Below are positions 63,080-64,000 of a stretch of DNA of 64,000 nt, piece after piece. Both the position numbers and the translations under genes were made by a program. The DNA comes from Negaprion brevirostris (lineage: Eukaryota), in the NCBI GenBank assembly GCA_030324005.1, contig JARDVH010000137.1, forward strand, positions 31,931,888-31,995,887, written 5' to 3'. Positions within the stretch are counted from its first letter, which is position 1. Each line of letters opens with the position of its first letter. The notes beneath the pieces are model-generated. The model did no database searches. It saw only the letters and a list, made by a program, of their open reading frames with translations, and was not told the origin of the DNA.

Positions 63080-63715
63080 CTTTCACATGATCCCATCAAA
63101 TATTCCCAGACCAAGTACAGCTTAAGTTACGTGTAGAGTAAAGCTCCATCTATCCTGTTGTATCACTGCATCCAATTCAGATGAAGAACGCATTTGATAC
63201 AGTTAATTGTGCCCCTATACTGTCCATCAGTCTCTCCTAGGTTAGATATAACACAGAAACTAGGAGCAAGAGGAGGCCATTTGACCCTTTGAGCTAGCTC
63301 CACCATTCATTATGGTCACGGCTGACCATCCAACTCAAAGCCTGATCCTGCTTTCCTCCCGATATCTTTTGATCACTTTCACCCCAAGAGCTATATCTAA
63401 CTCCTGCTTGAAAACATACAATGTTTTGACCTCAACTGCTTTCTGTGGTAATGAATTCTGCAGGCTTACTACTCTCTGGGTGAAGAAATTTCTCTTCATC
63501 TTAGTCCTGCACATTGTCCAGTTTTCTGCACTGTCCTATTAAACAATCCCAGGGCAAGTATAGGACAGATCAATTCAAAATAAAATTCCCTCTACAATCT
63601 CCTGTCAAATGCCCCTCATACACATCTAACACAGGATAAATACTAAGTAAATCTTCCTCTGCTCTGTCACCTCAAACACCCCTGGGACAGGTACAGCATG
63701 GGATTAGAAAGAGCA
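63080..63715 (+). repeat. Degenerate ~65-bp satellite-like units (ggtacagca.g.gttaga.acagagtaaagctccctctatactgtccc), interrupted by a CR1 tail
   Basis: Related units also occur at 19830-20150 and 61700-61900. Confidence 0.55.
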
Positions 63716-64000
63716 AACAGATGTAGAGGAGGGGAAGAGGTTAATAATTCAAATAACTTCATTGAACATTTCTCAATATTAAAGATAATTATATATTAAA
63801 CGAGAAATTTGTAAAAATGGAGATTGAAAGAGTTCACATTCACGTCACAATTAGGATGATGTTTATAAATAACTGACCAAAGAGATACGGTATGTTCTGA
63901 TAGTCAGAGGTGCAACAACAAAGAGAATAATAACATGTATTGAGAAAGAGCAGATTATCAGGTATAAACAATGAAAATAACAATGGACAAAGCATTGTGC

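Overview
This is repeat-rich vertebrate genomic DNA with several N gaps, almost certainly from an elasmobranch (shark-like), judging by the HE1/V-SINE-type and Deu-domain SINEs, CR1/HER1 LINEs, Penelope ends, Harbinger elements and Gypsy remnants. The + strand carries the last four coding exons of xylosyltransferase 2 (XYLT2): 3894-4156, 9711 into a gap at 9859, 13421-13754 and 18879-19201. Convergent with it on the - strand is a gene that the ORF track splits into unrelated pieces. It has a TATA box at 37474-37479, a leader exon (~37448-37268), a second exon 36842-36441 and a last exon 29529-29168. These splice in frame to a 204-aa protein with a signal peptide and 10 mature cysteines. By eye it resembles a divergent stand-alone CUB domain, and I do not recognise it as a named gene. 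Its predicted leader contains several uORFs, including an 81-codon spliced uORF that overlaps the main start. The rest of the window (38-64 kb) is mostly nested transposon debris. All family assignments come from motif recognition; no searches were run, and repeat boundaries are approximate.
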